Shown here: in pieces, positions 1-8,051 of the stretch | Layout: every line of letters begins with the position of its first letter | Numbering within the stretch: position 1 is the first letter of the stretch | Origin: a virus | Virus record (IMG/VR): IMGVR_UViG_3300044568_004364 | Reading direction: 5' to 3' (one strand) | Length of the DNA: 64,000 bases | Made by a program: the position numbers and the translations under genes | The notes under the pieces: model-generated | Told to the model about the DNA's origin: nothing | Seen by the model: the letters and a program-made list of their open reading frames with translations, nothing else | Database searches by the model: none

Positions 1-224
1 CTGCGATAAATCATAGCATTTGGATTATTCTTGCCAAGACGACCCTTCACTTCGATTTTCAAAAACTTTGGCTTATACGAAGGATCCTGCATTGCAAGTA
101 AACGTTGCTCTGCATTATGAATGCGAGTAAGTTGCCGTATTTCAGCGATATGAGCATGACCGGCTGCGTCATTTTGAACGCTAAAGAGATAGTAGTCTGT
201 GCGATTAGTGTGTGTTGTTTTCAT
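1..224 (-). CDS. Hypothetical phage protein (3' end runs off the window)
   Basis: Manually translated open frame from ATG 224: MKTTHTNRTDYYLFSV...KGRLGKNNPNAMIYR, no stop before position 1. Confidence 0.6.
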   Translation of the reverse strand, partial: MKTTHTNRTDYYLFSVQNDAAGHAHIAEIRQLTRIHNAEQRLLAMQDPSYKPKFLKIEVKGRLGKNNPNAMIYR

Positions 225-246
225 GATGTGTGTATTGGTGCGATTC

Positions 247-441
247 TTATTTAGCGTAGACTGGCAGACAATCAATGCTCTGGAGATATTCTAGATAAGC
301 TTTGGCACGAGCCAAAGACTTGAAGGTTGTCGAGTCGGCCAGCCACATTCCACCGCTAGTGCCAGTGCCAAGCTTGCGCTTGTAGATTTGAACGCCAAGG
401 TGGAGACTGTGTTTTGTATATTTAGGAGCTAGAACGATCAT
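247..441 (-). CDS. Small early hypothetical protein
   Basis: 64-aa ORF directly downstream of the early promoter at 467-495. Confidence 0.6.
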   Translation of the reverse strand: MIVLAPKYTKHSLHLGVQIYKRKLGTGTSGGMWLADSTTFKSLARAKAYLEYLQSIDCLPVYAK

Positions 442-466
442 ATTGAGGTGGTTTGGTTACAAGATT

Positions 467-562
467 ATTATACACTAAACCGCCTCACTTGTAAAACAAA
501 AAATGATGAAACCGCTAAAAAATATGAAAAAAGTGAAAACTCCCTTGATACGTATAGGTTTC
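467..562 (-). promoter_or_regulatory. Early sigma70-type promoter cassette, copy 1 (TTTACA-17-TATAAT, upstream A/T tracts and GATACGTATAGGTTT motif)
   Basis: -35 at 490-495, -10 at 467-472, 17-nt spacer; upstream ~70 bp similar to copies at 5901, 10900 and 25440. Confidence 0.85.
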
Positions 563-567
563 TCCCT

Positions 568-867
568 TTATTTTTTTCGTATAATTAGCCGATCAGACAT
601 ACCTTTCCTGTAGTTTTTCTCTCGGAGTTTATGCATTTTACGCTCAAGAGAGCGTCCACTTGTATCAACTGCTACAATCCACCCGTCAATTCCACGAGAG
701 AGTCTCCATGCAGAGCCTAGTCCATGTCGCCCACGGCCAAGGAAGATTCCAAGAGCTTCATATGGACTACGAGCATTGACGATATGTTCTTGTCCAGCGA
801 CTCCCATGATTATATATTCCATATCATCGGAACGAGCTGATTGCGTAAAGGTAGATTTAGTATTCAT
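568..867 (-). CDS. Hypothetical protein
   Basis: 99-aa ORF co-oriented with neighbours. Confidence 0.55.
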   Translation of the reverse strand: MNTKSTFTQSARSDDMEYIIMGVAGQEHIVNARSPYEALGIFLGRGRHGLGSAWRLSRGIDGWIVAVDTSGRSLERKMHKLREKNYRKGMSDRLIIRKK

Positions 868-902
868 ATATGTTTAAGTAGTGTATAGTATATATTGATG
901 TA

Positions 903-1490
903 TCATTGGTGTGCATAGCTTTGTAGGAATGTACTCCATTCAGGACGCATCTCATGTTGACTCACAATGACATCAGGTATTTGAGGCGCACTTACTGGTT
1001 GGTTATTTACATTATAGTAAGGATAGATGCTGCTCTTACTAGAATTGCAACGGCGACATGCAAGTGTACGATTAGCGTGTTCATCGCCACCTCCACGGCT
1101 GCGCGGCATGATATGGTCAATTGTGAGTTGGGCGATTGGATATTTCTTAAGGCAATATTGACACGTATTACCATAAATCTTAGCCAAGTCAGTTACGAGT
1201 AACTTCTTTTTAGCGTGCCGGCGGTAAAATTTGTTTGTAACGGCAACAATTGTTGGAATAGGCCATACATCATGTTGCGAGCAGAGTACTGGTGTATTCT
1301 CATCAAGAAAGGTATTACTATAAGTCATCCATTGCGTTAAGCTCGTATAGACATTGCCATGCTGATCCAATGCTGTAACTTTACCGTTAAGAACATACGT
1401 AAAAGCAACGCGTGCAGGTATTGTTGTGATGGGTTGCCATGCAAAGTTTAGCAGTAATGTCGTCTTTTCATCAGCTTTGACTCGTTTCAT
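903..1490 (-). CDS. HNH endonuclease (McrA/HNH_5-like)
   Basis: CQYC...LTIDHIMPRSRGG...NRTLACRRCNSSK motif; N-terminal LLLNFAWQPI typical of this subfamily. Confidence 0.85.
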   Translation of the reverse strand: MKRVKADEKTTLLLNFAWQPITTIPARVAFTYVLNGKVTALDQHGNVYTSLTQWMTYSNTFLDENTPVLCSQHDVWPIPTIVAVTNKFYRRHAKKKLLVTDLAKIYGNTCQYCLKKYPIAQLTIDHIMPRSRGGGDEHANRTLACRRCNSSKSSIYPYYNVNNQPVSAPQIPDVIVSQHEMRPEWSTFLQSYAHQ

Positions 1491-1710
1491 GTTTTTTAAA
1501 GTAATCTAAAATTTCAGCACTACTCTGTAGTTTTGTGCCATCAGGACATACTAGTGTAGGTACGCTGCGGATGCTGTTTCCAATAAAGTAAGCGGCATCA
1601 CGACTTAGGTCTCGTGTGTCATAGTCTGCACCATATTGTTCTAATTGAGTTTTAAGAATTTTGCAAGGTCCACAAAATTCACTCGTTGCAAGTGTCGGTT
1701 TAACATTCAT
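1471..1710 (-). CDS. Glutaredoxin/NrdH-like thioredoxin-fold protein
   Basis: CGPC active site and RSVPTL cis-Pro motif, 79 aa. Confidence 0.85.
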   Translation of the reverse strand: MNVKPTLATSEFCGPCKILKTQLEQYGADYDTRDLSRDAAYFIGNSIRSVPTLVCPDGTKLQSSAEILDYFKKHETSQS

Positions 1711-2114
1711 TTGATTTTATATGTTTTTACTTCAATAACCCCAATCTCTAAACTATATATCCGTCGTGCAGCAGCTAAGCTTAAATCAATAACGCGCTTG
1801 GGGTGTGGGCGTAATGGACGTAATGCTACACCGCTTGTGCTCGCCGCAAAAGGTCCACGATCGGTAATCTTTACATCAACGCTTTTACCATTTTTTGGAT
1901 TTACAACACGTACCATACTGCCTAACGGATAATGGCAACTTGCTGCGGTAAGAGCATTGTCGCTTAGCGGTGTTCCGCTCGCGGTTGTTGTTCCACCGTT
2001 TGTTCTTACGCTATAGTATGATGCATATCCGGTTTTGCTTTGGACATTATAATGTTGGCCTAACGTGGAGCCTAATGTTAATAGGCATAATGCGATGAAT
2101 ATTAGTTTTTTCAT
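1707..2114 (-). CDS. RlpA-like double-psi beta-barrel lytic transglycosylase with signal peptide
   Basis: GYASYY...TASG...LTAA...PLGSMVRV.N...VKITDRGPF...RVIDLS.AAA motifs; start moved to ATG 2114 (MKKLIFIALCLL signal peptide). Confidence 0.85.
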   Translation of the reverse strand: MKKLIFIALCLLTLGSTLGQHYNVQSKTGYASYYSVRTNGGTTTASGTPLSDNALTAASCHYPLGSMVRVVNPKNGKSVDVKITDRGPFAASTSGVALRPLRPHPKRVIDLSLAAARRIYSLEIGVIEVKTYKIK

Positions 2115-2122
2115 AAGATGGG

Positions 2123-2334
2123 TTGTCGGCTCAGCCTTCAGATTTGACAAACTGTGTTTTGAATTTTATGCTTTGAGTTTTGAATTTTGAAAACGGCAAT
2201 TTGAGTTTTGAATTTTTTGCCAAATATGTATAGGCAATTGCGGTGTCATTTTCAATATCGTATGCTACATAGCATGTAGTTCAGAATTAGTATCACGAGG
2301 ATACATGCGTCATTTCATCCGTCCGAGCCGACAA
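2123..2334 (-). ncRNA. Candidate structured ncRNA (12-bp closing stem plus extension, internal hairpins, three AAAAUUCAAAAC(U/A)CA repeats)
   Basis: 2323-2334 and 2123-2134 are complementary (one G-U); further CGGAU/AUCUG and UGAC/GUCA pairing; repeats at 2153-2167, 2172-2188 and 2200-2216. Confidence 0.6.
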
Positions 2335-2340
2335 AAGTTT

Positions 2341-2796
2341 TTATTTTATAGTCGTCAACGCATTGTAGTTGTCAATAGTGTCTTGCAACTTTTCCGCGAG
2401 ACTGCGATAAGTCAAAATTAAATTGTCAACATTTTTTTGATCAAGCGCATATTCAATTGTATATTCACTATCGACAATACGGTTAAGAGCATAGTCATGC
2501 ACCTGAACAGGATAACCACTTACACCAGCCTGCAAGCTTTCAAGAAACTTAATTACGCCTTTAGTTTCGGCAAGATCTGCAAGTTCGGCTGAGATGCTAG
2601 CATTTGCAACAGCGAGTTGTTGTTTGATCCTTACAAGATTTGCCTTTTCTTCAAGCAAACGATTAAAGAGAATCCCAACATCATCCACAGGTGGACGATT
2701 ACTCTGATGCTTATTGCTCTTAACAATTTTCTTTTCAAGTTCGGCGATGCGACCTGCAATACGATTCTTTTCTTTAAGTCCTTGTGCGATGTTCAT
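2341..2796 (-). CDS. DIP1984-like helical protein
   Basis: MNIAQGLKEKNRIAGRIAEL...P..D...L...L...I....AN and C-terminal LQDTIDNYN.LTTI resemble the DIP1984-family pattern (recognised by eye). Confidence 0.65.
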   Translation of the reverse strand: MNIAQGLKEKNRIAGRIAELEKKIVKSNKHQSNRPPVDDVGILFNRLLEEKANLVRIKQQLAVANASISAELADLAETKGVIKFLESLQAGVSGYPVQVHDYALNRIVDSEYTIEYALDQKNVDNLILTYRSLAEKLQDTIDNYNALTTIK

Positions 2797-2802
2797 AATG
2801 GT

Positions 2803-2831
2803 ATTATATACTGTTTATTGTGTTTTGTAAA
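2803..2831 (-). promoter_or_regulatory. Sigma70-type promoter TTTACA-17-TATAAT, 6 nt before the ATG at 2796
   Basis: -35 at 2826-2831, -10 at 2803-2808. Confidence 0.8.
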
Positions 2832-2833
2832 TA

Positions 2834-3079
2834 TTATTTTTCGTAAATTTCAAATGGAACGTTATCTTTGAAAATCTTGTTAAGATAACTCATAAAGTCA
2901 TCTGACGTATCAGCATTATAGACATAGTCAAACAAGAAGTCTTCGGCGCGCGTTGATAGTTGAGCTTCGCTACAAAGTGAGCTCTTTAGTTCTTCATAAA
3001 GCTCATCTTGTTGTCGCGCAAGACCGTGAATAACTTGTCGCGTTTCTGTGATATGTCTGTTATTATTTTCGTTCATCAT
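2834..3079 (-). CDS. Hypothetical protein
   Basis: ORF track gives 2834-3160; the likely start is MMNENNN overlapping the RNA ligase stop. Confidence 0.5.
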   Translation of the reverse strand: MMNENNNRHITETRQVIHGLARQQDELYEELKSSLCSEAQLSTRAEDFLFDYVYNADTSDDFMSYLNKIFKDNVPFEIYEK

Positions 3080-4052
3080 ATTGTAGGTTGATAATTTTAA
3101 AACTGCCAGCTGCATGCTTAACAACAACACCTTCAAAAGTCTTGCCATCAATCTTATCAATCTCAGAGCTATATTTTTGAATGTGTGCCAAAGTTAACAC
3201 GACTGCTTTCTCAAGCATTGGAACAACAGGAATATTTAGTTGCTCACAAACCTTCTCGTAGTAATGAGCGTCAGCTGGATCAGCATACTCAAGTTTATCC
3301 ATATTAAAGACATTAAAGGCAGCGAAGTTAAGCGGAAGTTGACCGTGAGGATTTTTACCAAAGCCCTGAATACCATTGCCATAGAGCTCACCGCGCAAGC
3401 TTAGACTAACATCATGATGTTGACAATAAGCTAGCAGCTTGTTGACGATATCATACTTGGTGACTCCTTGAATATATTTGTTATCACATTCAGTTTTAAG
3501 ACGCAAGCTACGACTAGTGACACCAGTCTCCCAAGAGCCATCTTCAAGTTTGCGAGCATATACACTTAACGAGCTGCCATCAATCTTGAGAGTAATATCA
3601 CAAACTTCACCAAACGGCAAGTCAGAGATATTCTGCCAACGTTCTTCATCAGTCTTAGGCAAGCCACATGGCAAAAATCCAGCAGCGGATAAATCTTGTG
3701 GTGCAGGCGGCTCGTATTTAGACACGCCAATAATCTCAGAGACTTCAGTGCCCGACACAATATCGCCATAAGCAACAAGAGCAGGCCAAGTGCTAATAGG
3801 CATTACAATACCAAAGCTCCATACACCACGTAGCTTACATGCCTTTACACGATTGCTGCGTGCTCTAAAGACTGCAGCCCATGGCTCATCAGGCAATACT
3901 GTATCAGGTTGAATAAGAATCACACGATGCCCAACTGCAAATTTATCTTTTTGCACGATGCATTCATATCCTAAGACACGTACAATCTCAAGACTATCGG
4001 CATTATGGTGTGGCAGCACAGCTGTTACGGTTTCTACTGTTGCGAGTTTCAT
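3063..4052 (-). CDS. ATP-dependent RNA ligase, DRB0094-like family
   Basis: N-terminal P..NADSLE...V.GY.CIV.K OB-like domain; PKTDEER; motif I KIDGSS; GELYG; EGVVVK; SFKIIN..Y. Confidence 0.9.
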   Translation of the reverse strand: MKLATVETVTAVLPHHNADSLEIVRVLGYECIVQKDKFAVGHRVILIQPDTVLPDEPWAAVFRARSNRVKACKLRGVWSFGIVMPISTWPALVAYGDIVSGTEVSEIIGVSKYEPPAPQDLSAAGFLPCGLPKTDEERWQNISDLPFGEVCDITLKIDGSSLSVYARKLEDGSWETGVTSRSLRLKTECDNKYIQGVTKYDIVNKLLAYCQHHDVSLSLRGELYGNGIQGFGKNPHGQLPLNFAAFNVFNMDKLEYADPADAHYYEKVCEQLNIPVVPMLEKAVVLTLAHIQKYSSEIDKIDGKTFEGVVVKHAAGSFKIINLQYDERK

Positions 4053-4513
4053 GCTTTTAATAATTTATATAGTTTAATTGCTTTAAGATTTGCTTCAATT
4101 TCCCATGGCTGCTTGCCATAAGCTGAGCTATGTACATCATGCACTTGCTCATAAAGTTTACCTTTCCACATTACATTACGATCACCCATAATTAATTTAT
4201 CGGTATGAAATTGTTCAACATGCACAAGCTCGTGCAAGAGAGTATGAAAAAAGCTACGACGACTCTGACGTGCATCAACATCGACAATATATTTTCCCCC
4301 TTTACATTTAGGTGGATAGGCAATGCCAGACGCTTTCATGCGATAAGGTATAGCTCGCACTCGCAGCTCAATTGTTTTTGGCAAATCTAGACGATCAATA
4401 ATATGGCCAACTTTGTCATTAAAGAGCTCAACATAATTGAGCGTAGATTTCTTCCATTGACTATAATTGCCGCTAATTAATGGCGACGTGATTTTTGTAA
4501 TGATCTTTGACAT
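4049..4513 (-). CDS. Zinc metallopeptidase-like protein
   Basis: TLLHELVHVEQ (HExxH) and Y..QPWEIEA motif. Confidence 0.7.
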   Translation of the reverse strand: MSKIITKITSPLISGNYSQWKKSTLNYVELFNDKVGHIIDRLDLPKTIELRVRAIPYRMKASGIAYPPKCKGGKYIVDVDARQSRRSFFHTLLHELVHVEQFHTDKLIMGDRNVMWKGKLYEQVHDVHSSAYGKQPWEIEANLKAIKLYKLLKA

Positions 4514-4516
4514 AAC

Positions 4517-4912
4517 TTATGCTTGTGCTGCAATTACAGTTTCCAGTGATTTACATTCAACTGCACCATAGATGTAGTCAACGACATACCAATTCCAAGA
4601 TCCATCATCATCTTCTTTGAGCAGATAGCGATAGTCAAAGACATCTTCGGCTGCAAATTCTTTGATAGTGATTGGAGAATGCATGTGCAATTCTTCTTTG
4701 CGATCACGATGATAAAATACACTTTTATCGAGAGTCTCCGCAAGAGAACTCATATCGCCTAGCGCGAGAAGTTCTTTGACCTTTGCTGGATCACGATAGT
4801 GTTCATTAAGAATTTTTCCATTATGTTCAATATATCCATCATAATGACAATAGGCATATTTGACTGGACCTTCTTTAGTTTCTTGAATTGCGATTGCTGA
4901 GCGTGTTGACAT
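4517..4912 (-). CDS. Conserved phage hypothetical protein (MSTRS...YCHYDGY family)
   Basis: MSTRSAI...YCHYDGY...G..L..HY...LL.LGD.SSL motif common in phage early genes. Confidence 0.7.
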   Translation of the reverse strand: MSTRSAIAIQETKEGPVKYAYCHYDGYIEHNGKILNEHYRDPAKVKELLALGDMSSLAETLDKSVFYHRDRKEELHMHSPITIKEFAAEDVFDYRYLLKEDDDGSWNWYVVDYIYGAVECKSLETVIAAQA

Positions 4913-4918
4913 AAGTGT

Positions 4919-5134
4919 TTAGAAGTTGGCAAAATTTAGTGTAGGATATTTAGCTTGGATACGCTGCTGCAGGATCTTCCTAAATTCATAGTATGCATCA
5001 AGAGCGGCTGCGTCATCCAAGTCGGATAAGAGTTCATGTGCTACATTATCAAAGTGAGACTCTAGTTGTGCAAGTTCATTAGCAGCAGCATCCAATTTTT
5101 TTTGTAGTTCTTTTTCTTGTAGTTGTTTGTTCAT
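4919..5134 (-). CDS. Small helical early protein
   Basis: 71 aa, own promoter at 5144-5172, N-terminus MNKQLQEK shared with the next ORF. Confidence 0.65.
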   Translation of the reverse strand: MNKQLQEKELQKKLDAAANELAQLESHFDNVAHELLSDLDDAAALDAYYEFRKILQQRIQAKYPTLNFANF

Positions 5135-5143
5135 AACGAGGAA

Positions 5144-5172
5144 AGTGTAGTGTTTTTTGGCGGCGGTGTCAA
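5144..5172 (-). promoter_or_regulatory. Sigma70-type promoter TTGACA-17-TACACT
   Basis: -35 at 5167-5172, -10 at 5144-5149, 9 nt from ATG 5134. Confidence 0.8.
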
Positions 5173-5185
5173 TGTTTTTCTTTGA

Positions 5186-5479
5186 TTATTTTTTAACAGC
5201 ATCACGAGCAGCAACCCAAGCAGCCCAAGCAGCATCAGCAGCAGCATTAGCAGCATCAGCAGCAGTGGCATAAGCAGCATTACGAGCAGCAGAATAAGCA
5301 GCATCACGAGCGTCAGCCCAAGCAGCATCATCAGCATCAGCAGCAGCATAAGCAGCATCAGCAGCAGCATAAGCAGCATTACGAGCGTCAGCAGCAGCAG
5401 CGCGAGCAGCATCATAAGCAGCATAAGCAGCATCACGAGCAGCAGTAGCATCCAATTTTTCTTGTAGTTGTTTGTTCAT
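5186..5479 (-). CDS. Alanine-rich low-complexity repeat protein
   Basis: AAYAAADAA/AARDAA/AAWAA repeats; own promoter at 5489-5517. Confidence 0.7.
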   Translation of the reverse strand: MNKQLQEKLDATAARDAAYAAYDAARAAAADARNAAYAAADAAYAAADADDAAWADARDAAYSAARNAAYATAADAANAAADAAWAAWVAARDAVKK

Positions 5480-5488
5480 AACGAGGAA

Positions 5489-5517
5489 AGTGTAGTGTTT
5501 TTTTGCGATTGCGTCAA
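5489..5517 (-). promoter_or_regulatory. Sigma70-type promoter TTGACG-17-TACACT
   Basis: -35 at 5512-5517, -10 at 5489-5494, 9 nt from ATG 5479. Confidence 0.75.
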
Positions 5518-5530
5518 TGTTTTTCTTTGA

Positions 5531-5875
5531 TTATTTTTTAACAGCATCACGAGCAGTATCAGCAGCAGCATAAGCAGCAGCATAAGCAGCATAAGCAGCC
5601 CAAGCAGCCCAAGCAGCATCAGCAGCATCACGAGCATCAGCATCACGAGCAGCAGCATAAGCAGCATCAGCAGCAGCAGCATAAGCAGCAGCAGCAGCAG
5701 CAGTAGCATAAGCAGCTGCACGAGCAACATGCGCATCAGCACGAGCAGCGTCATAAGCAGCGGCAGCAGCTGCATAAGCAGCAGCATGAGCAGCATGAGC
5801 AGCAGCACGAGCATAAGCAGCGTCGGCAGCAGCAGGATCATGAATCTTTTCTTCGGTTTGTGTGGTTGGTGTCAT
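5531..5875 (-). CDS. Alanine-rich low-complexity repeat protein
   Basis: Same repeat type; shares the C-terminus ARDAVKK with 5186-5479; downstream of promoter cassette 2. Confidence 0.7.
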   Translation of the reverse strand: MTPTTQTEEKIHDPAAADAAYARAAAHAAHAAAYAAAAAAYDAARADAHVARAAAYATAAAAAAYAAAADAAYAAARDADARDAADAAWAAWAAYAAYAAAYAAADTARDAVKK

Positions 5876-5900
5876 AATGTTGTGGTTCCGTTACAAGATT

Positions 5901-5997
5901 ATTATACACCAAAAAACACCAGCTGTAAATAAAAAAATGATGAAAATGTGAAAAAATATGAAAAAAGTGAAAAACCCATAGATACGTATAGGTTTTT
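5901..5997 (-). promoter_or_regulatory. Early promoter cassette, copy 2
   Basis: TTTACA 5924-5929, TATAAT 5901-5906; A/T tracts; imperfect palindrome AAAACCCATAGATACGTATAGGTTTT. Confidence 0.85.
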
Positions 5998-6064
5998 ACT
6001 TTAATCTTTTGGCTTACGAAAATAGTTTTCGAGCGGATTTTTATGCGTTATGATGATGATGCAG

Positions 6065-6718
6065 TCATTTTGATAAGCTTTTAACATAATCCATTAGTTG
6101 AAGCTTTGATTGCATTCCTATAGTAAAATTTGCGTGAAACGCAACAACATTGTCTTCTAGCAAGAATTCTTCTCCTTCCCAAAGTCGAACTTCAGCGTTT
6201 ATGTTTCCATATGTGGTAAATGAATCGTCAAGAAATCCAAAATCTAAGTCAATTTCTTCGGTCTTTAACATTTCGTTTATGACGGTTTGATCGGCTGAAG
6301 TATGAACATATTTTTCCCTTAGATGATCAAGACGATGCAATACTTCAGTGAAGAATGACACGATCTTATTGTTGTTTTTAGCAATGAACATTCCACAACA
6401 AAAAGATCCTCGATCACTTTGAAAACATATGTCATGTTCTCCTATAGATTTGCACATAGCCGATACAGCGTCGCCTCTTATGACAATGTCGCTATCAAAG
6501 TAAGCCACCATTGAACAAGAATTGTCCTCAAGATTTTTTAGGAGTGTTTGTATCTTAAACTTTTGAACCTCGTAAAAGTGCGAAGTCATAAAATCACCCG
6601 AAGGTAAATCGCATTGCACAATTTCTAATTGAACGCCGCATTGTTCTAAAATTGCAGCTTGCAATTGTTGTGACAATATTAAATGATCTGACGTGCATAT
6701 ATTAAAGGCTTTAAACAT
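6065..6718 (-). CDS. Nucleotide-diphospho-sugar transferase (GT-A fold)
   Basis: YFDSDIV (DxD), FCCGMF, DQTVIN, FHANFT.G...K motifs; start reassigned to ATG 6718 (MFKAFNIC). Confidence 0.8.
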   Translation of the reverse strand: MFKAFNICTSDHLILSQQLQAAILEQCGVQLEIVQCDLPSGDFMTSHFYEVQKFKIQTLLKNLEDNSCSMVAYFDSDIVIRGDAVSAMCKSIGEHDICFQSDRGSFCCGMFIAKNNNKIVSFFTEVLHRLDHLREKYVHTSADQTVINEMLKTEEIDLDFGFLDDSFTTYGNINAEVRLWEGEEFLLEDNVVAFHANFTIGMQSKLQLMDYVKSLSK

Positions 6719-6737
6719 ACTGTTATATATATAGAAT

Positions 6738-7382
6738 ATGATTACTGATATTTTTATTAAGACCTGCAAATATGATAAACAATACCATAAGTATTGCTTA
6801 CAGTCCATTAGAAAGTATTGTAATGGATTTAGAAATACGGTTGTAGTTAAAGGAGAACATCCCCAAGGGTACATCTATCAACAGGTAGTTAAACTTCATG
6901 CAGACAAATACACAGATGCGGACTTCATATTAGTAACTGATTCAGATACACTGTTTAATACACCAGTGACACCCGAATCATTTATGTCTAATGGAAAACC
7001 GATTTGGTATATGACTCCGTTTGAACAATTACTTGAACATAGTACATTGTTCAAATGGCGTAAAGTTATGACTGATTTTTGTGGAATTGAGCCACAGTTT
7101 GAATTTATGCGCAGACAACCATTTATGTTTCCACGCTATGTCTTAAAAGATATTCAAGAATACTGTGTAAAAACTCATGGAAGAACTTTGGAAGAATATC
7201 CGTTCGACCTAGGAACTTTCACCGAGTGGAATGTACTTGGTTTTTATTGTTGGATTCATCATCGTGATGCATTCACTTGGGTTAATACCGATGATGGTAT
7301 TGGTGATCCACTTGTAAGACAGTTTTGGTCGCATGACAAGGTACAAAAGAACATAGAAGAAATCAAACAAATACTAGAATGA
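6738..7382 (+). CDS. Glycosyltransferase-like protein (GT-A, DUF6492-like)
   Basis: GY..QQVVKLHAD...DSDTLF; FTEWNVLG; QFWS motifs. Confidence 0.7.
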   Translation: MITDIFIKTCKYDKQYHKYCLQSIRKYCNGFRNTVVVKGEHPQGYIYQQVVKLHADKYTDADFILVTDSDTLFNTPVTPESFMSNGKPIWYMTPFEQLLEHSTLFKWRKVMTDFCGIEPQFEFMRRQPFMFPRYVLKDIQEYCVKTHGRTLEEYPFDLGTFTEWNVLGFYCWIHHRDAFTWVNTDDGIGDPLVRQFWSHDKVQKNIEEIKQILE

Positions 7383-8047
7383 AATCTGAAAATCAAAACT
7401 TTGAATTTTTACAAAATGGACAAATGATTTTGTCTAATGATACGCATCTTAGCACTTGGGCAAAGGAGCACGGTAGCATTGTAACTGATCCTCATTTGTT
7501 TGAATTCTTAAAACCGTATCTTGATGAGGTGCAGTGCATCTGGGACATTGGAGCAAACATTGGAGACCATACACGTGCATACTTAGACATGGGCAAGACG
7601 GTTTATGCGTTTGAACCCAATCCATTAGCATATGAATGTTTATGCCATAATTGCCCGGACTCTCATAACTATAACCTAGCTGCAAACTCGTATGAGGGCG
7701 AACTTACGTTTGAGACACTGGATAATGTAGGAGCAAGTCGCATATCTAAGAATGGAGAAATAAAGGTGAAGGCCGTGAAACTGGATACGCTTGATCTACC
7801 AAAACCAGACTTCATTAAAATAGATATAGAAGGCTGGGAAATCAATGCGTTACAGGGTATGCAAGATAGTATCAATACACATAAGCCAATACTTTTTATT
7901 GAAATAAATCATGGCGCATTATTGCAAAATGGTCACACCGCAGATGACATTCTAAATTTTGTCGAATCTGCAGGTTATAAAAACATTATCACATATCCAA
8001 TAAATTCAGCTATTAGCGATCCTCAGTTAGACATATTAGCGTTTTAA
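7379..8047 (+). CDS. FkbM-family SAM-dependent methyltransferase
   Basis: WDIGANIG.H, AFEPNP, DFIKIDIEG.E..AL.G, KP.LFIE. Confidence 0.9.
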   Translation: MKSENQNFEFLQNGQMILSNDTHLSTWAKEHGSIVTDPHLFEFLKPYLDEVQCIWDIGANIGDHTRAYLDMGKTVYAFEPNPLAYECLCHNCPDSHNYNLAANSYEGELTFETLDNVGASRISKNGEIKVKAVKLDTLDLPKPDFIKIDIEGWEINALQGMQDSINTHKPILFIEINHGALLQNGHTADDILNFVESAGYKNIITYPINSAISDPQLDILAF

Positions 8048-8051
8048 TAAT

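Larger units (their letters stand above)
5111..5556. repeat. ~100-bp direct repeat (about 5111-5211 and 5456-5556, period 345 bp): gene end, promoter and gene start
   Basis: Both copies encode AARDAVKK-stop, then TTGAC(A/G)-17-TACACT, then ATG AAC AAA CAA CTA CAA GAA AAA. Confidence 0.9.

Noticed and set aside
2153-2216. Short repeats considered as a CRISPR mini-array
   Set aside because: Repeats are 15-17 nt with spacers of only about 4-11 nt, and there are no cas genes.
5131-5841. Leu/Met-rich ORFs 5131-5451 and 5476-5841, and Ser-rich ORF 5729-5932
   Set aside because: Shadow frames of the (GCT)n repeats; the promoters and shared starts fit the Ala-rich frame.
6719-6874. N-terminal extension of ORF 6065-6874
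   Set aside because: Overlaps the plus-strand transferase; ATG 6718 is the more plausible start.
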